Under the pieces are notes generated by a model. It made no database searches. It saw only the letters and a program-made list of their open reading frames with translations, and had not been told where the DNA came from. A DNA stretch of 64,000 nt, from positions 28,136 through 92,135 of the IMG/VR virus record IMGVR_UViG_2825563536_000001, one strand, 5' to 3'. The translations under genes and the position numbers were made by a program. The DNA comes from a virus (lineage: Duplodnaviria > Caudoviricetes). Position 1 is the first letter of the stretch; each line of letters opens with the position of its first letter. Positions 11,115 to 20,243 of the stretch are shown in pieces.

Positions 11115-11210
11115 GGTAGGGGTCTTGCCTGCGGGGCGGTGTGCCCTGCTGCCGGTAACGATACGGCGTTTGTGACCCCATGTGCAAACCTGCAGCGTGG
11201 GGTCACAAAC
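11115..11210 (-). promoter_or_regulatory. class-A cassette promoter
   Basis: -35 TTGCAC, -10 TATCGT; perfect 13-bp inverted repeat GTTTGTGACCCCA/TGGGGTCACAAAC around the -35. Confidence 0.7.
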
Positions 11211-11221
11211 TGTGCAATGTG

Positions 11222-12214
11222 TCAGGCTGCGGCCGGGGGCGAATCGGCTGCAGCGATCGCCGCACCGACACGCTCGCCGAGCCACTTCGCGACGTGCACC
11301 GGCACCGCGTTGCCGATCTGCTTCTTCACCTCGTCGGCCCGGCCGGTGAACTGGTACGAGTCCGGGAAGCCCTGCGCGCGGGCGCATTCGCGGTTCGTCA
11401 ACATGCGGAACCGCATCCCCTCGTCAGTGAGGGTGGCGACGCCGTGATGGTTCCCGCCGGCGGTGATGCACGCGAGGGGGTACGAGTCGGCCCGCTTCGC
11501 CTTCGCGTTGCGCCGGTACGTGACCAGGTGCGGCACGTTGCGCTCGGTGATCTGCGCGAGCTGGTTGTCGACGTACAGCGACCGGGTGACGAGCTTGCCG
11601 GGGTTCGGGTCGAGAATCCAGCTCGCGGGCACGCGCGGCATGTCGGGCAGCGTGAGGTCGACGTCGCCGGTGCGGGTGAACACCGCGAAGTACCGGACGC
11701 GGTGCTGCGGCATCGCGAAGTCGGTCGCGTTCAGGATCACGACCTGCTCGACGTAGCCGAGGGCGCGCATCCCGTCGAGCCACCACTGGTAGAGGGTCCA
11801 GTCCTGGAACTCGGGCACGTTCTCGACGATCACGGCGTCGTATTCGTGCACCTCGGTCGCGGCGATCACGGCGAAGGCGGTCGCCCGGTCGACGCTGCCG
11901 GGGTCGTCGCGCTGCAGCTCGACGTCGGCGTCGGGCTTCTTGCGGCCGCCGGACCGGGCGTGCCAGACGCACGACGGGGAGGCCCACAGGATGTTGGTGC
12001 GGGGGAAGGTGCGCCAGTCGACTTCGGACAGGTTCGCGATGCGGTGCTCGGTGTGCGGGTGGTTGGCGCTGTGGGTGGCGACGGCGACGTCCCAGTGGTT
12101 CGCGGCGATGCGGACGTGGATTCCGGCCTGCTCGAGTCCTTCGCTGCTTCCGCCGCCGCCGGCGAACAGGTCAGTGGCCGTGAGGACTTCGGGGCTTCCG
12201 TTGTTCGAGATCAC
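11222..12214 (-). CDS. DNA (cytosine-5) methyltransferase 1
   Basis: DLFAGGGG, WASPSC, VENVPEF, QHRVRYF, RECARAQGFP, KQIGNAVP. Confidence 0.92.
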   Translation of the reverse strand: MISNNGSPEVLTATDLFAGGGGSSEGLEQAGIHVRIAANHWDVAVATHSANHPHTEHRIANLSEVDWRTFPRTNILWASPSCVWHARSGGRKKPDADVELQRDDPGSVDRATAFAVIAATEVHEYDAVIVENVPEFQDWTLYQWWLDGMRALGYVEQVVILNATDFAMPQHRVRYFAVFTRTGDVDLTLPDMPRVPASWILDPNPGKLVTRSLYVDNQLAQITERNVPHLVTYRRNAKAKRADSYPLACITAGGNHHGVATLTDEGMRFRMLTNRECARAQGFPDSYQFTGRADEVKKQIGNAVPVHVAKWLGERVGAAIAAADSPPAAA

Positions 12215-12540
12215 TTCGCACCTGCCAGCGCGGGGAGGGGCAGCCGCCAGTCGCGAGTGTCGTTGTCGTACGGGGCAACCCGCAGGCTGAACGCGAGCGT
12301 GGAGAGTTCGTCGGTCAGGTGGTCGAAGTCGGCGGGCAGCACGTTGGTGCCGTCGGCGTCGAGCAGGCTCGTGACGTAGAACTCGCCGGGGTGGTCGCTG
12401 TCGAGCACGAGCGTGCGAGCGGCCGGGGAGAGCTCTGCAGCGCGCTCGGCGAGTGCGATCGGGAGCAGCGCGTCGAGGCGATCGCCGGTGGCGAGGTGGT
12501 CGGCGATTACCTGCGCGACTTCGGTGCGAGCAGCATTCAT
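12211..12540 (-). CDS. hypothetical protein
   Basis: GAAAGG RBS, coupled to MTase. Confidence 0.65.
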   Translation of the reverse strand: MNAARTEVAQVIADHLATGDRLDALLPIALAERAAELSPAARTLVLDSDHPGEFYVTSLLDADGTNVLPADFDHLTDELSTLAFSLRVAPYDNDTRDWRLPLPALAGAK

Positions 12541-12567
12541 GGCGTGGGCCTTTCAGGTGGTAGGGGG

Positions 12568-12819
12568 CTATTTGCCGGTGTAGGCGACGTACACGACGCC
12601 GTTACGAATCTGGGCGTCGAACCCGCGTCCGAACGCGGCGTCCTTGCCGCGGTTGATGCGGTGCCGCAGGCCGTGCAGGTGCACGACGTCGTGCGGATAC
12701 TCGGCGTAGCGGCCGGGGTTCGCGCGCAGCTCGTCGGCGAACGCGCGGTTCTCGGCGTGCCGGGCACGGGTCTGCGGCGGGGCCGCGTGGGCGGGGAGGG
12801 CGTTTACGAACGTGGTCAT
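12568..12819 (-). CDS. hypothetical protein
   Basis: AGGA RBS before MTTFVNALP; family-like ending GFDAQIRNGVVYVAY. Confidence 0.65.
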   Translation of the reverse strand: MTTFVNALPAHAAPPQTRARHAENRAFADELRANPGRYAEYPHDVVHLHGLRHRINRGKDAAFGRGFDAQIRNGVVYVAYTGK

Positions 12820-12892
12820 GGTGGGTTCCTGCGGTAGGGGCGGGACCGGACCGGCCGGGGGGCGAGGGCACCGCCCCCCGACTCGGCTCAGA

Positions 12893-13396
12893 TCAGAACG
12901 GAGGCTCGTCGCCGCCCGCGAAGCCGCCCGCCTGCGGGGCCGAACCCCACGGGTCGGACTGCGACTGCTGGCCCTGCGACGGGCGGTTGAACTGGCCGTT
13001 CGAGCCGCCACCGTTGCCGCCACCGCCGCCGCGGCCCGCCTTGTTGACGCGGGCGGTCGCGTACTTGAGCGACGGCGCGACCTCGTCGACCTCGAGTTCG
13101 ACGACGGTGCGCTTCTCGCCTTCCTTCGTCTCATAGCTGCGCTGCTTGAGCTTGCCGGACACGATCACGCGGGTGCCCTTGGTCAGCGACTCGGCGGCGT
13201 TCTCGGCCTGCTCGCGCCAGATGTTGCAGCGCAGGAAGAGGGCCTCGCCGTCCTTCCACTCGTTCGTGTTGCTGTCGAAGTTGCGGGGGGTCGACGCCAC
13301 GGTGAAGTTGCAGACCGCGGCACCGGCCGGGGTGAACCGCAGCTCGGGGTCGGCGGTCAGGTTGCCAATGACGGTGATGATGGTTTCGCCAGCCAT
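12893..13396 (-). CDS. ssb: single-stranded DNA-binding protein
   Basis: [23 protein letters not shown]...acidic tail DEPPF. Confidence 0.96.
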   Translation of the reverse strand: MAGETIITVIGNLTADPELRFTPAGAAVCNFTVASTPRNFDSNTNEWKDGEALFLRCNIWREQAENAAESLTKGTRVIVSGKLKQRSYETKEGEKRTVVELEVDEVAPSLKYATARVNKAGRGGGGGNGGGSNGQFNRPSQGQQSQSDPWGSAPQAGGFAGGDEPPF

Positions 13397-13407
13397 GCTG
13401 GTTCCTT

Positions 13408-13698
13408 TCAGTTGGTGAGCGCCGGGGTGTCCGGCGTCCAGTTGGTGAGCGCCTGCTCGAGTTCGTCGATCCTGTTCTCGCGGTAGCCGTCCCAGTGCAT
13501 GTCGCCGCAGATGGTGACGGGTGCGCCGAGGTAGCCGAGGGCCTTCGCGCGGTCGCCCCATTCGGTGTCGACGGTGCCGTCGACCTTGTCGAACGGGATG
13601 CCGCGCTTCGTCATGTCGCGGGCGGCGACGTTGCAGCGGCCACAGCCGGGCGCGGAGACGAGGGTGACGCGGGGGGCGTCGGGGTGGATGTCGAGCAT
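13408..13698 (-). CDS. nrdH: NrdH-like glutaredoxin
   Basis: CGRC redox motif, GYLGAPV, HWDGYR. Confidence 0.85.
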   Translation of the reverse strand: MLDIHPDAPRVTLVSAPGCGRCNVAARDMTKRGIPFDKVDGTVDTEWGDRAKALGYLGAPVTICGDMHWDGYRENRIDELEQALTNWTPDTPALTN

Positions 13699-13733
13699 TG
13701 GGGTGAATCTCCTTGGTGCGCCGCGACGCTCGG

Positions 13734-14075
13734 TTACGCGCCGCGGAGGGGTTCGGGGAGCATCCGCGCCGAGATGGTGACTTCGACGGGGCCTTCCTCG
13801 TAGCGGTCGGCGCTCGCGAGGATGTCGTCGAGGCGGGGGGAGAGGCCCGTGATGTGGCGGCCGCGCCGCCGTCGCGGGAAGGTGCGGATGTTCTCGTCGG
13901 GGAGGGGGCCGTAGTCGGTCCAGCGGCAGCCGGTCGTGACTTCGGCGCACGTGTACTCGATTTCCCATCCGCTGCGCGGGTCGGGGTTGATCCAGTACGT
14001 GAGGTCTGCCGCCGGCGCGGGGAGGCCGAGGTCGACGAGGGCGGCGGACTGCGCGGGCGTTGCGAGTGCGTACAT
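13734..14075 (-). CDS. hypothetical protein
   Basis: AGGA RBS; promoter upstream. Confidence 0.6.
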   Translation of the reverse strand: MYALATPAQSAALVDLGLPAPAADLTYWINPDPRSGWEIEYTCAEVTTGCRWTDYGPLPDENIRTFPRRRRGRHITGLSPRLDDILASADRYEEGPVEVTISARMLPEPLRGA

Positions 14076-14094
14076 GCGCGTTTCCTATGGTCGT

Positions 14095-14174
14095 GGTAGG
14101 GGCGTCGGGGCCTTCCGGCCTGACGTGACGCAATATTACGCACGGTTACGCACTATTACAAACGGCCTGCGTAA
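14095..14174 (-). promoter_or_regulatory. class-B promoter with TTACGCA/TGCGTAA boxes
   Basis: TTACGCA at 14136 and 14146, inverted copy at 14168; downstream GTCAGGCC hairpin and CCCCTACC box. Confidence 0.65.
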
Positions 14175-14255
14175 CGGTCATGTTCGGGCGTCGGCGGCGC
14201 GTTGCGCGGAGTACGCGCGCGATACGCAGTCGGCGCGCAGCCCGGTACGCGGGCG

Positions 14256-15521
14256 TCACGCCGCCACCTCGAGCGTCGGGCGCTTCGCCGCGGCCGCGAG
14301 GACCGGGCCGAGGACCGCGGCCGCGAGCAGCGGCGGCACCGCGTCACCCACCTGCCGGTACTGCGCCGTCTTGTTCCCCTGGAACGGGTAGTCGGGCGGG
14401 AACGACTGCAGCACGGCCGCTTCTGCGATCGACACGCGCTTGCCCTGCGGGTCGCGGGACTTCGGGCCGGGCGCACGGGTGGTCCGCTCGCCCCACTCCG
14501 CGGTGCCCTTCCCGGTGATCGTCGGCGCCGGGAAGTCGAGCGGCCGGGGGTCGACCATCGTCGAGCTGGTGCCCGCCGGCGCGAGCACGCGCAGCCGCCG
14601 GAACGGCCGGTTCCAGTGCTCGGGGGCGTCGTCCCAGTCCTTCTCGATCCAGCGTCCGGCCTCGCGTTCGGCCTGCACGGTCGCGCGGGCACCCGAGCCG
14701 CCGAGGGCCTGCGCGTCGGTGCCGCCCTGGCCGGTGCCGGGCGCGATGGTCGGGTAGGGGCGTTCGGTCATGCCCCAGGTGAGGGCCTGCGCCATGCTCA
14801 CCCAGCGGGGGAATCCGGCGTCGATCTTGCCGGGGTTCGTCGAGTGGAACCGGGAGTGCACCGGCCGGGGGAGCTGCGCCGGGGTCGTGATCCAGGGGGC
14901 GTGCGCGACGAGGATCGCGCGCTTGCGGGTCTGGGGGACGCCGTACTGCTCGGCCTGCAGGATGCCGGTGTCGACGGTGTACCCGAACCGACGCAGGACG
15001 ACGGCGCAGGCCTCCCAGATCGGGAGGACGGCGGGCACCTGCTCCCACGCGACCCAGCTCGGCGCGGTGTAGAGCGCGTACCGGAGCGGTTCGAGGGCGA
15101 GCAGGGACCGGTCGTCGGTCATGGAGTCGTGCAGCTCGGCGATTGCGGCGTCGAGGTCGGTGCCGCAGGTGACGCGGGTGAGGGCGTCGAGCAGCAGGTG
15201 CGCGTCGGCGCGGCCGCGGCCCTTGCCTGCGGGGGAGAAGCCCTGGCAGGGCGGGGAGCAGATGTGGCCCTCGACGCGGCCGAAGATGCGGGGGTCGAGC
15301 TTGCTGACGTCGGCCTGCAGGCGGTGGTGTCCGGCGGCGACGGCGGTCGCGCAGGCGTCTTTGTCGTACTCGACGCCGAGGGCGGTGCCGGTGAAGCCTG
15401 CTCGGCGGAGGCCGGTGGACCAGCCGCCGGGGCCTGCGAACAGTTCGAGCACTTCGGGGGTGGGCATCCCGGCCGCCATGAAGTCGGCGACCGTGAGCAC
15501 GGCGAGGGGCTGCGTCAGCAC
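14256..15521 (-). CDS. DNA (cytosine-5) methyltransferase 2
   Basis: ELFAGPGGW, SPPCQGFS, WEQVP, QTRKRA, AVLQSFP, QVGDAVPP. Confidence 0.92.
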   Translation of the reverse strand: MLTQPLAVLTVADFMAAGMPTPEVLELFAGPGGWSTGLRRAGFTGTALGVEYDKDACATAVAAGHHRLQADVSKLDPRIFGRVEGHICSPPCQGFSPAGKGRGRADAHLLLDALTRVTCGTDLDAAIAELHDSMTDDRSLLALEPLRYALYTAPSWVAWEQVPAVLPIWEACAVVLRRFGYTVDTGILQAEQYGVPQTRKRAILVAHAPWITTPAQLPRPVHSRFHSTNPGKIDAGFPRWVSMAQALTWGMTERPYPTIAPGTGQGGTDAQALGGSGARATVQAEREAGRWIEKDWDDAPEHWNRPFRRLRVLAPAGTSSTMVDPRPLDFPAPTITGKGTAEWGERTTRAPGPKSRDPQGKRVSIAEAAVLQSFPPDYPFQGNKTAQYRQVGDAVPPLLAAAVLGPVLAAAAKRPTLEVAA

Positions 15522-15545
15522 GCGGGGCCTTCCGGGTGTGGTGAC

Positions 15546-15587
15546 ACGAAAGCCCCGGCCGGAGGGTGCCCGGTCGGGGCTTTCGTG
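15546..15587 (-). terminator. intrinsic terminator
   Basis: CACGAAAGCCCCGGCCGG...CCGGTCGGGGCTTTCGTG hairpin. Confidence 0.7.
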
Positions 15588-15702
15588 CCTGGGGGGGGTG
15601 GTGGGCGGCAGCCTGGGGGAGTTTGCCGCTCGATTCGGTACGTTACGCGATGTTGCGCATCATGTCCAGTCGGTACGCGGTTCGGTGCGCGTAACGGGCG
15701 CG

Positions 15703-15969
15703 TTAGGCGGCGTCGACGAGGTCGGCGAGCTGCGGTGCAGGGCGGGCGCCGTCGACACCGCGGAGCTGGTTCAGCTTCTCGATGTGCTCGGCTTCCATGC
15801 GCAGCTCGGTCGTGATGTCGTGCCCGTCGCGCTTGCGGCCGACGATCAGGTCGGCGATGAGCTGCGAGTGGTCGGCGGCGGCGTCCTGCCGTTCGAGTCG
15901 GCGGGCGAGGCCCAGGACGCTGATCTGCGGGACGTTGCGGGGGCGGCGCTTGAACGCGTGTCGTGCCAT
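15703..15969 (-). CDS. hypothetical protein
   Basis: GAAAGG RBS; 88 aa. Confidence 0.6.
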   Translation of the reverse strand: MARHAFKRRPRNVPQISVLGLARRLERQDAAADHSQLIADLIVGRKRDGHDITTELRMEAEHIEKLNQLRGVDGARPAPQLADLVDAA

Positions 15970-15982
15970 GTCGGGGGGCCTT

Positions 15983-16414
15983 TCAGGGTCGGGCGAGATG
16001 CGCGGGGAGGTTGACGGCGAAGCGACTCATGGCGTCCCGCCGGCGGGCGGCCTGCCAGGCGGGGAACATGCCGTGCCCGGTCGAACTCGGGTGCAGGCTG
16101 AGGTACCAGCCGGGGTCGCAAGCGGGGCCGTTGTCGTACGTGAGGGTGTACTGCCTGCGGTCACGGAAGGTCTCGCCGAACACGGCGTGCCACTGCACGT
16201 CGTGGCGGTTACGGAGGGTGGTGCCGGGGCGCAGGAGCGGGTACCAATGCACGCCGCCGACGACGAGGGGGAGGCCGAGGGTGTCGTCGACGGACTGGAT
16301 GCAGATGTCGCGGGTGACGCCGCCGTGAGTGACGCGCTGTGCGTGGTAGCTGCTGAGGCGGTAGACGAACAGGGAGGCGTCAGGGGGTGCGGGGTTGTAG
16401 ACGGCGGCGGTCAT
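15983..16414 (-). CDS. hypothetical protein
   Basis: ATGA overlap with upstream gene; MTAAVYNP start. Confidence 0.6.
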   Translation of the reverse strand: MTAAVYNPAPPDASLFVYRLSSYHAQRVTHGGVTRDICIQSVDDTLGLPLVVGGVHWYPLLRPGTTLRNRHDVQWHAVFGETFRDRRQYTLTYDNGPACDPGWYLSLHPSSTGHGMFPAWQAARRRDAMSRFAVNLPAHLARP

Positions 16415-16662
16415 GCTGCGGCCCCGAGCATGTGACGCAGGCCCGGTTCGCGGGCGGGGTCCTGCGCGATCGCGTCGAGGGCGTACAGCTCGCGGGCGGT
16501 GTGCAGGAAGTCGCGGGCGTCGGCGCACTTCGGGCAGGAGCGGCAGCCGCATTCCTGCCGCTGCTCGACGTGGCGTCCGGCGGCGAGGTTCAGGCGCATC
16601 CAGGAGTTCCGGCGCCGGTAGTCGGCGGTGGATTCGTTCTTGCGCTGGCGAATTGCGTCCAT
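16411..16662 (-). CDS. small Cys-containing hypothetical protein
   Basis: GAAGGG RBS; CGCRSCPKC. Confidence 0.6.
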   Translation of the reverse strand: MDAIRQRKNESTADYRRRNSWMRLNLAAGRHVEQRQECGCRSCPKCADARDFLHTARELYALDAIAQDPAREPGLRHMLGAAA

Positions 16663-16724
16663 CGGGGTTCCCTTCGGGGTCGGGGGGCGGGGCCGGGCAG
16701 TCGGCCCCGCCGCCGGGGTGTCGA

Positions 16725-17303
16725 TCAGTTGGAGAAGGCGAAGACCTTGCCGTTGTGTTCGGCGAACGTATAGCCCCAGTTCACTTCGGCGATCAGCGCG
16801 AGTGCTTCGCCGTCGATCTGCAGGGCGTGGCGGATGTCGCGCAGGTTCGTGCGGTCGTCCACGGAGACCGGAACGCGCTTGCTGCGGCCCCAGGCGGCGA
16901 CGGTCGCGCCGAGCAGCGGCAGCAGGCCGTCGGTGACGTCTTCGGCCCATGCCTCGAGGTCGTCGTACTCGCCGATGAACCGGACCGGCTCGTAGGCGTA
17001 GGGGTCGTCACTGCCGCCGAGTGCGTAGCGCACGAAGGCGGCGTAGGGGGCGCCGTGCGTGCGGAGGCGTTCGCCGACCTTGGCGACCTGGTCGAGGGGC
17101 ATGGACTCGTGGATGTCGATGCCCTGGAAGTTCTCGGTGTCGAGGATGATCAGCTCCTCGGGGTCGGCGCAGTACGAGCGGGCGCGGAGTTCGGCGACCT
17201 GCGCGTCGAGCGGCTCGTCGGGGTGGAGTTCGAGCCATGCGGAGTTCACGTGGCCGTTGGTGTAGTCGGCCAGGGTTGCGACGTGGATTTCGGGGATGCT
17301 CAT
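16725..17303 (-). CDS. ardA: ArdA-family antirestriction protein (type I RM DNA mimic)
   Basis: acidic; IHVATLADYTNGHVNSAWLEL, EELIILDTENF, FIGEYDD, C-terminal NGKVF. Confidence 0.85.
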   Translation of the reverse strand: MSIPEIHVATLADYTNGHVNSAWLELHPDEPLDAQVAELRARSYCADPEELIILDTENFQGIDIHESMPLDQVAKVGERLRTHGAPYAAFVRYALGGSDDPYAYEPVRFIGEYDDLEAWAEDVTDGLLPLLGATVAAWGRSKRVPVSVDDRTNLRDIRHALQIDGEALALIAEVNWGYTFAEHNGKVFAFSN

Positions 17304-17335
17304 TGTGTGCCTTTCGCCGTGGCAGGGGGCTTGTT

Positions 17336-17396
17336 TGACGTGTTGAACATTAGGTCATAAACGACCCCATGACAAACGCAGAGGTCAGGGGGTCGA
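17336..17396 (-). promoter_or_regulatory. class-A cassette promoter of ardA
   Basis: TTGTCA-17-TAATGT with CGACCCC...GGGGTCG inverted repeat. Confidence 0.75.
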
Positions 17397-17416
17397 ATAT
17401 GACGCAACGTGCGGCG

Positions 17417-17728
17417 CTAGTCGAGGGTGCGACAGAACTTGCTCGGCGCGTAGTTCACGACGACGTCGCGCGACACGAGCCGGTACTGGCGGCGAAACTC
17501 CGTCGGGTTGAGGTGCAGCTTCTCGGCGAACTGACTCAGGCGCTGCTCGATCGAGTGCAGGCCGTTCCCGCGAATCTCGAACGTGAAGCCGTCGATCGAG
17601 ATGCGGTCCCAGTGGAAGTCGCCGTCGGGCGACTGGATGCCCCACTGCTTGAGCGTCTGGATGTCGGCGGGCGAGGGGGCGACCGGGTCGCCGTCGGCGG
17701 GCGAGGATGCGGGGCGAGTGTCAGTCAT
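17417..17728 (-). CDS. hypothetical protein
   Basis: AAGGA RBS before MTDTRP. Confidence 0.6.
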   Translation of the reverse strand: MTDTRPASSPADGDPVAPSPADIQTLKQWGIQSPDGDFHWDRISIDGFTFEIRGNGLHSIEQRLSQFAEKLHLNPTEFRRQYRLVSRDVVVNYAPSKFCRTLD

Positions 17729-17745
17729 GGCGGTGTCCTTGCAGG

Positions 17746-18135
17746 TCAGAAGCGGGGGCGGGACCAGCGGTCGTGCTGGTTCGCGAACGGGACGACGTGG
17801 GCGGCGCGGGCGAACCCGCAGAGCTGGCACTTGCAATCGAGGTCGGTCCGGCGGTCGCCGTCGACGTAGACCTCGGTCGGGTGCCCGGCGAGCTGCGCCT
17901 CGAGGACGGCCCGGAGCGTGCGCCACTCAGACCGCAGCTCGTTGAGGGCTTCGTTCTGCTCGGCTTCGCGGCAGTCGCAGGCGAGGTGGTGGTCGGTGCA
18001 GTTGTTCCAGCGCGGGTCGCTGGTGTCCTGCGGCGCGCTGCGGTCGACGGCGACCGGCTGCCCGCGGAAGCGCAGGACCGGGCCGACGAGGGTGCCCTTG
18101 CGGGGCATGTGGGGCGGGTAGTCGATGCGCTCCAT
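17746..18135 (-). CDS. Cys/His-rich hypothetical protein
   Basis: CTDHHLACDCRE and CKCQLC motifs. Confidence 0.65.
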   Translation of the reverse strand: MERIDYPPHMPRKGTLVGPVLRFRGQPVAVDRSAPQDTSDPRWNNCTDHHLACDCREAEQNEALNELRSEWRTLRAVLEAQLAGHPTEVYVDGDRRTDLDCKCQLCGFARAAHVVPFANQHDRWSRPRF

Positions 18136-18136
18136 G

Positions 18137-18295
18137 TCAGGCCGCCGCGAGCATGACGTCGATGATGTCGGCGTCGACGACGTCGCCGTTCTCGAGGACG
18201 ACGGTTGCGAAGCTCTGACCTGCGTCGTCGGTGTGGTAGGCGGAGATTTCGAAGATGCCGGCGACGAGGTCGGGTTCGGTGACGGTTGCAGTCAT
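18137..18295 (-). CDS. small acidic hypothetical protein
   Basis: GAAAGG RBS and CCCCTACC box before MTATVTE. Confidence 0.55.
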   Translation of the reverse strand: MTATVTEPDLVAGIFEISAYHTDDAGQSFATVVLENGDVVDADIIDVMLAAA

Positions 18296-18314
18296 TTCGA
18301 GGGCCTTTCGGTGC

Positions 18315-18380
18315 GGTAGGGGCGGTGCGTTGCGCATCACGTTACGCACAATTACGCAACATTGCAAACTGCCTGCGTAA
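18315..18380 (-). promoter_or_regulatory. class-B promoter with TTACGCA/TGCGTAA boxes
   Basis: TTACGCA 18342 and 18352, inverted copy 18374; -35 TTGCAA, -10 TAACGT. Confidence 0.7.
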
Positions 18381-18493
18381 CGGACTCACCGAGCGGAATC
18401 GGGCGACTCGCGGCGGATCAGGCTCGCTCAGCTACGCGAAAACAGGCCCCAGCCGGGCCGTGAGCGCACGAACACCCCCGGCCCGGCATAAGT

Positions 18494-19045
18494 TCACACC
18501 TGGCGCCCGCTGAACGCGCCAGAGGGGCCGTCAGAGCCGTTACGCGTCATTGCGCGCAACCGGGTGCGGGCGGCGTCGAGGTCGACCGGCGCCGCGGGCA
18601 GCGCAGCCGGGGCGTCGACGTCCGGCAGCACCCGGTCCGCGTCCCACGCCGGTTTCCGGGCCTGGACCCGCGATCGCACCCCGCGCGCTTCGAGTTCGGC
18701 CGCGACGCCAGCCAGCAGACGGCGACGATGCTCGGGCGACGACCCGGTCCCGGCGGGCTGCCGCGCGCGCAGCTCGGCGACCGACCGCGGGCCGCTGCCG
18801 CCCGGCCGGGCCTGTCGCATCGCGGTCGTCACGTGGCCGGGCACGATGCGCGGCAGGTTCTCGTCCGGCGCAAGCGGCCGGGTGTAAATCCGCTGCACAG
18901 CCTCGAGCGCAGCCTTGAAGTCCCAGCCGCCCGCGTTCGCCGCGATCCGCCAGGCCGTCGTCGTCGGCGTGCCCGTCTCGAACCGCTGATCGAAGCCTGC
19001 GATGAGCGCGCACAGGGCCTCGGCCATCGCGTCGTTCCACGTCAT
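18494..19045 (-). CDS. replication-associated protein (possible helicase loader/inhibitor)
   Basis: coupled directly downstream of Rep gene; function inferred from position only. Confidence 0.5.
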   Translation of the reverse strand: MTWNDAMAEALCALIAGFDQRFETGTPTTTAWRIAANAGGWDFKAALEAVQRIYTRPLAPDENLPRIVPGHVTTAMRQARPGGSGPRSVAELRARQPAGTGSSPEHRRRLLAGVAAELEARGVRSRVQARKPAWDADRVLPDVDAPAALPAAPVDLDAARTRLRAMTRNGSDGPSGAFSGRQV

Positions 19046-20238
19046 GCGACACCGCCGATCGCCTGCTGGTCGCCGCTGAGGACGGCGTCGATCAGCGCCA
19101 GCGGGTTCGGTGCGCCGCCGGCGACCGCGGCCGCGATGCGGTCGCCCGCTTCGGCGAACTGCCGCTCACGGCGCGACTGCAGCGCGACCGGCGCCGCTTC
19201 CGGCTCGTCGTCCCAGCGGCCCTCGTTCAGCCACGTGGACGGGTGCGGGATGAACTTCTTCTCGGGCAGGTTCGGGTCCGCGGCGTACCGGCGCACCGCC
19301 AGCAGCAGCTGCGCCCCCGTGTGCGTCTTGCGGGCCGTCGCGTACGCCTTCGCGGCAGCCTTGCGGCCGACCTTGCGCGGGTAGGCCGCGTACCAGTCGG
19401 CGAACCCGGCCGGTTCGGTCGCGGGCATCGGTGCCGGTTCGGGTTCGGTCGGCTGCAGCAGGTCGGCGGGGTACGCGTAGCCGTCCTCGTCGACGACCTC
19501 CGCGTCGATCGGCTCGCACTCGCTCGACGGAGTCGAGCATGTTTTTTGAAGTACCTCGTTAGAGGTACTTGGAGTAGGAGCAGGAGTAGGAGCAGGGGAA
19601 GTGGACCCGTAAACCTTGGGGTAAACGTTAGGGGTGGGTTTAGGGTAAACCGACCCCTTAACCTGGGGGTTAACCTCGGGGGAAACCGACCCGGAAACCT
19701 CGGGGTTAACCGACCCCGAAACCTCGGGGGAAACGGCACGGAAACCGGTGGGGTAATCGGCCGGGTCGATCGAGTCGCGGCGCAGCATCTGCCGCAGCTT
19801 CTCGCCGCTGTACTTCGATTCCCAGCACGCCAGATCGGGCTGGTTCGCGCGCAGCTTCGCGACCTCGAACACGACCACGCCGCGGAGTTCCTTCGACTCC
19901 ACGCCGGCGTACGCGAGCATCATCGACACGGCCATGCGCGGGTTCTTCATCAGCCCGTCGTGCTTGATGAACGACCGCACCAGGACTTCCTCGACTGCCT
20001 CGTCGACGACGACGAACAGGCCCTCAGCGAGTTCGCGGGCGGCCGCGACGACGTCTTCCGGGGTCCAGCCTTTCGCGCGCGCTGCGATGCGCTTCGGCCG
20101 CCAGTCAGTGACGCCGCAGTAGGACAGCTTCGCGTCGATGAGCAGCAGAAAGTAGAGGTGCTGGGCGGCCGGGGTCAGGTCGCGGAAGTCGTCGTCGCCC
20201 ATGATGTCGAGACGGAGCGGGGCATGTTCGCGAGCCAT
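19042..20238 (-). CDS. phage replication initiator (RepA-like)
   Basis: N-terminal DFRDLTPAAQHLYFLLL wHTH-like region, internal iterons, C-terminal FADWYAAYPRKVG...HPSTWLNEGRWDDE. Confidence 0.85.
   Translation of the reverse strand: MAREHAPLRLDIMGDDDFRDLTPAAQHLYFLLLIDAKLSYCGVTDWRPKRIAARAKGWTPEDVVAAARELAEGLFVVVDEAVEEVLVRSFIKHDGLMKNPRMAVSMMLAYAGVESKELRGVVVFEVAKLRANQPDLACWESKYSGEKLRQMLRRDSIDPADYPTGFRAVSPEVSGSVNPEVSGSVSPEVNPQVKGSVYPKPTPNVYPKVYGSTSPAPTPAPTPSTSNEVLQKTCSTPSSECEPIDAEVVDEDGYAYPADLLQPTEPEPAPMPATEPAGFADWYAAYPRKVGRKAAAKAYATARKTHTGAQLLLAVRRYAADPNLPEKKFIPHPSTWLNEGRWDDEPEAAPVALQSRRERQFAEAGDRIAAAVAGGAPNPLALIDAVLSGDQQAIGGVA
19611..19754. repeat. 12-bp-period iterons, probable origin of replication
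   Basis: (A/T)AACC(TCGGGG or GACCC) units in 12-bp register inside rep. Confidence 0.75.
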
Positions 20239-20243
20239 TGTGT

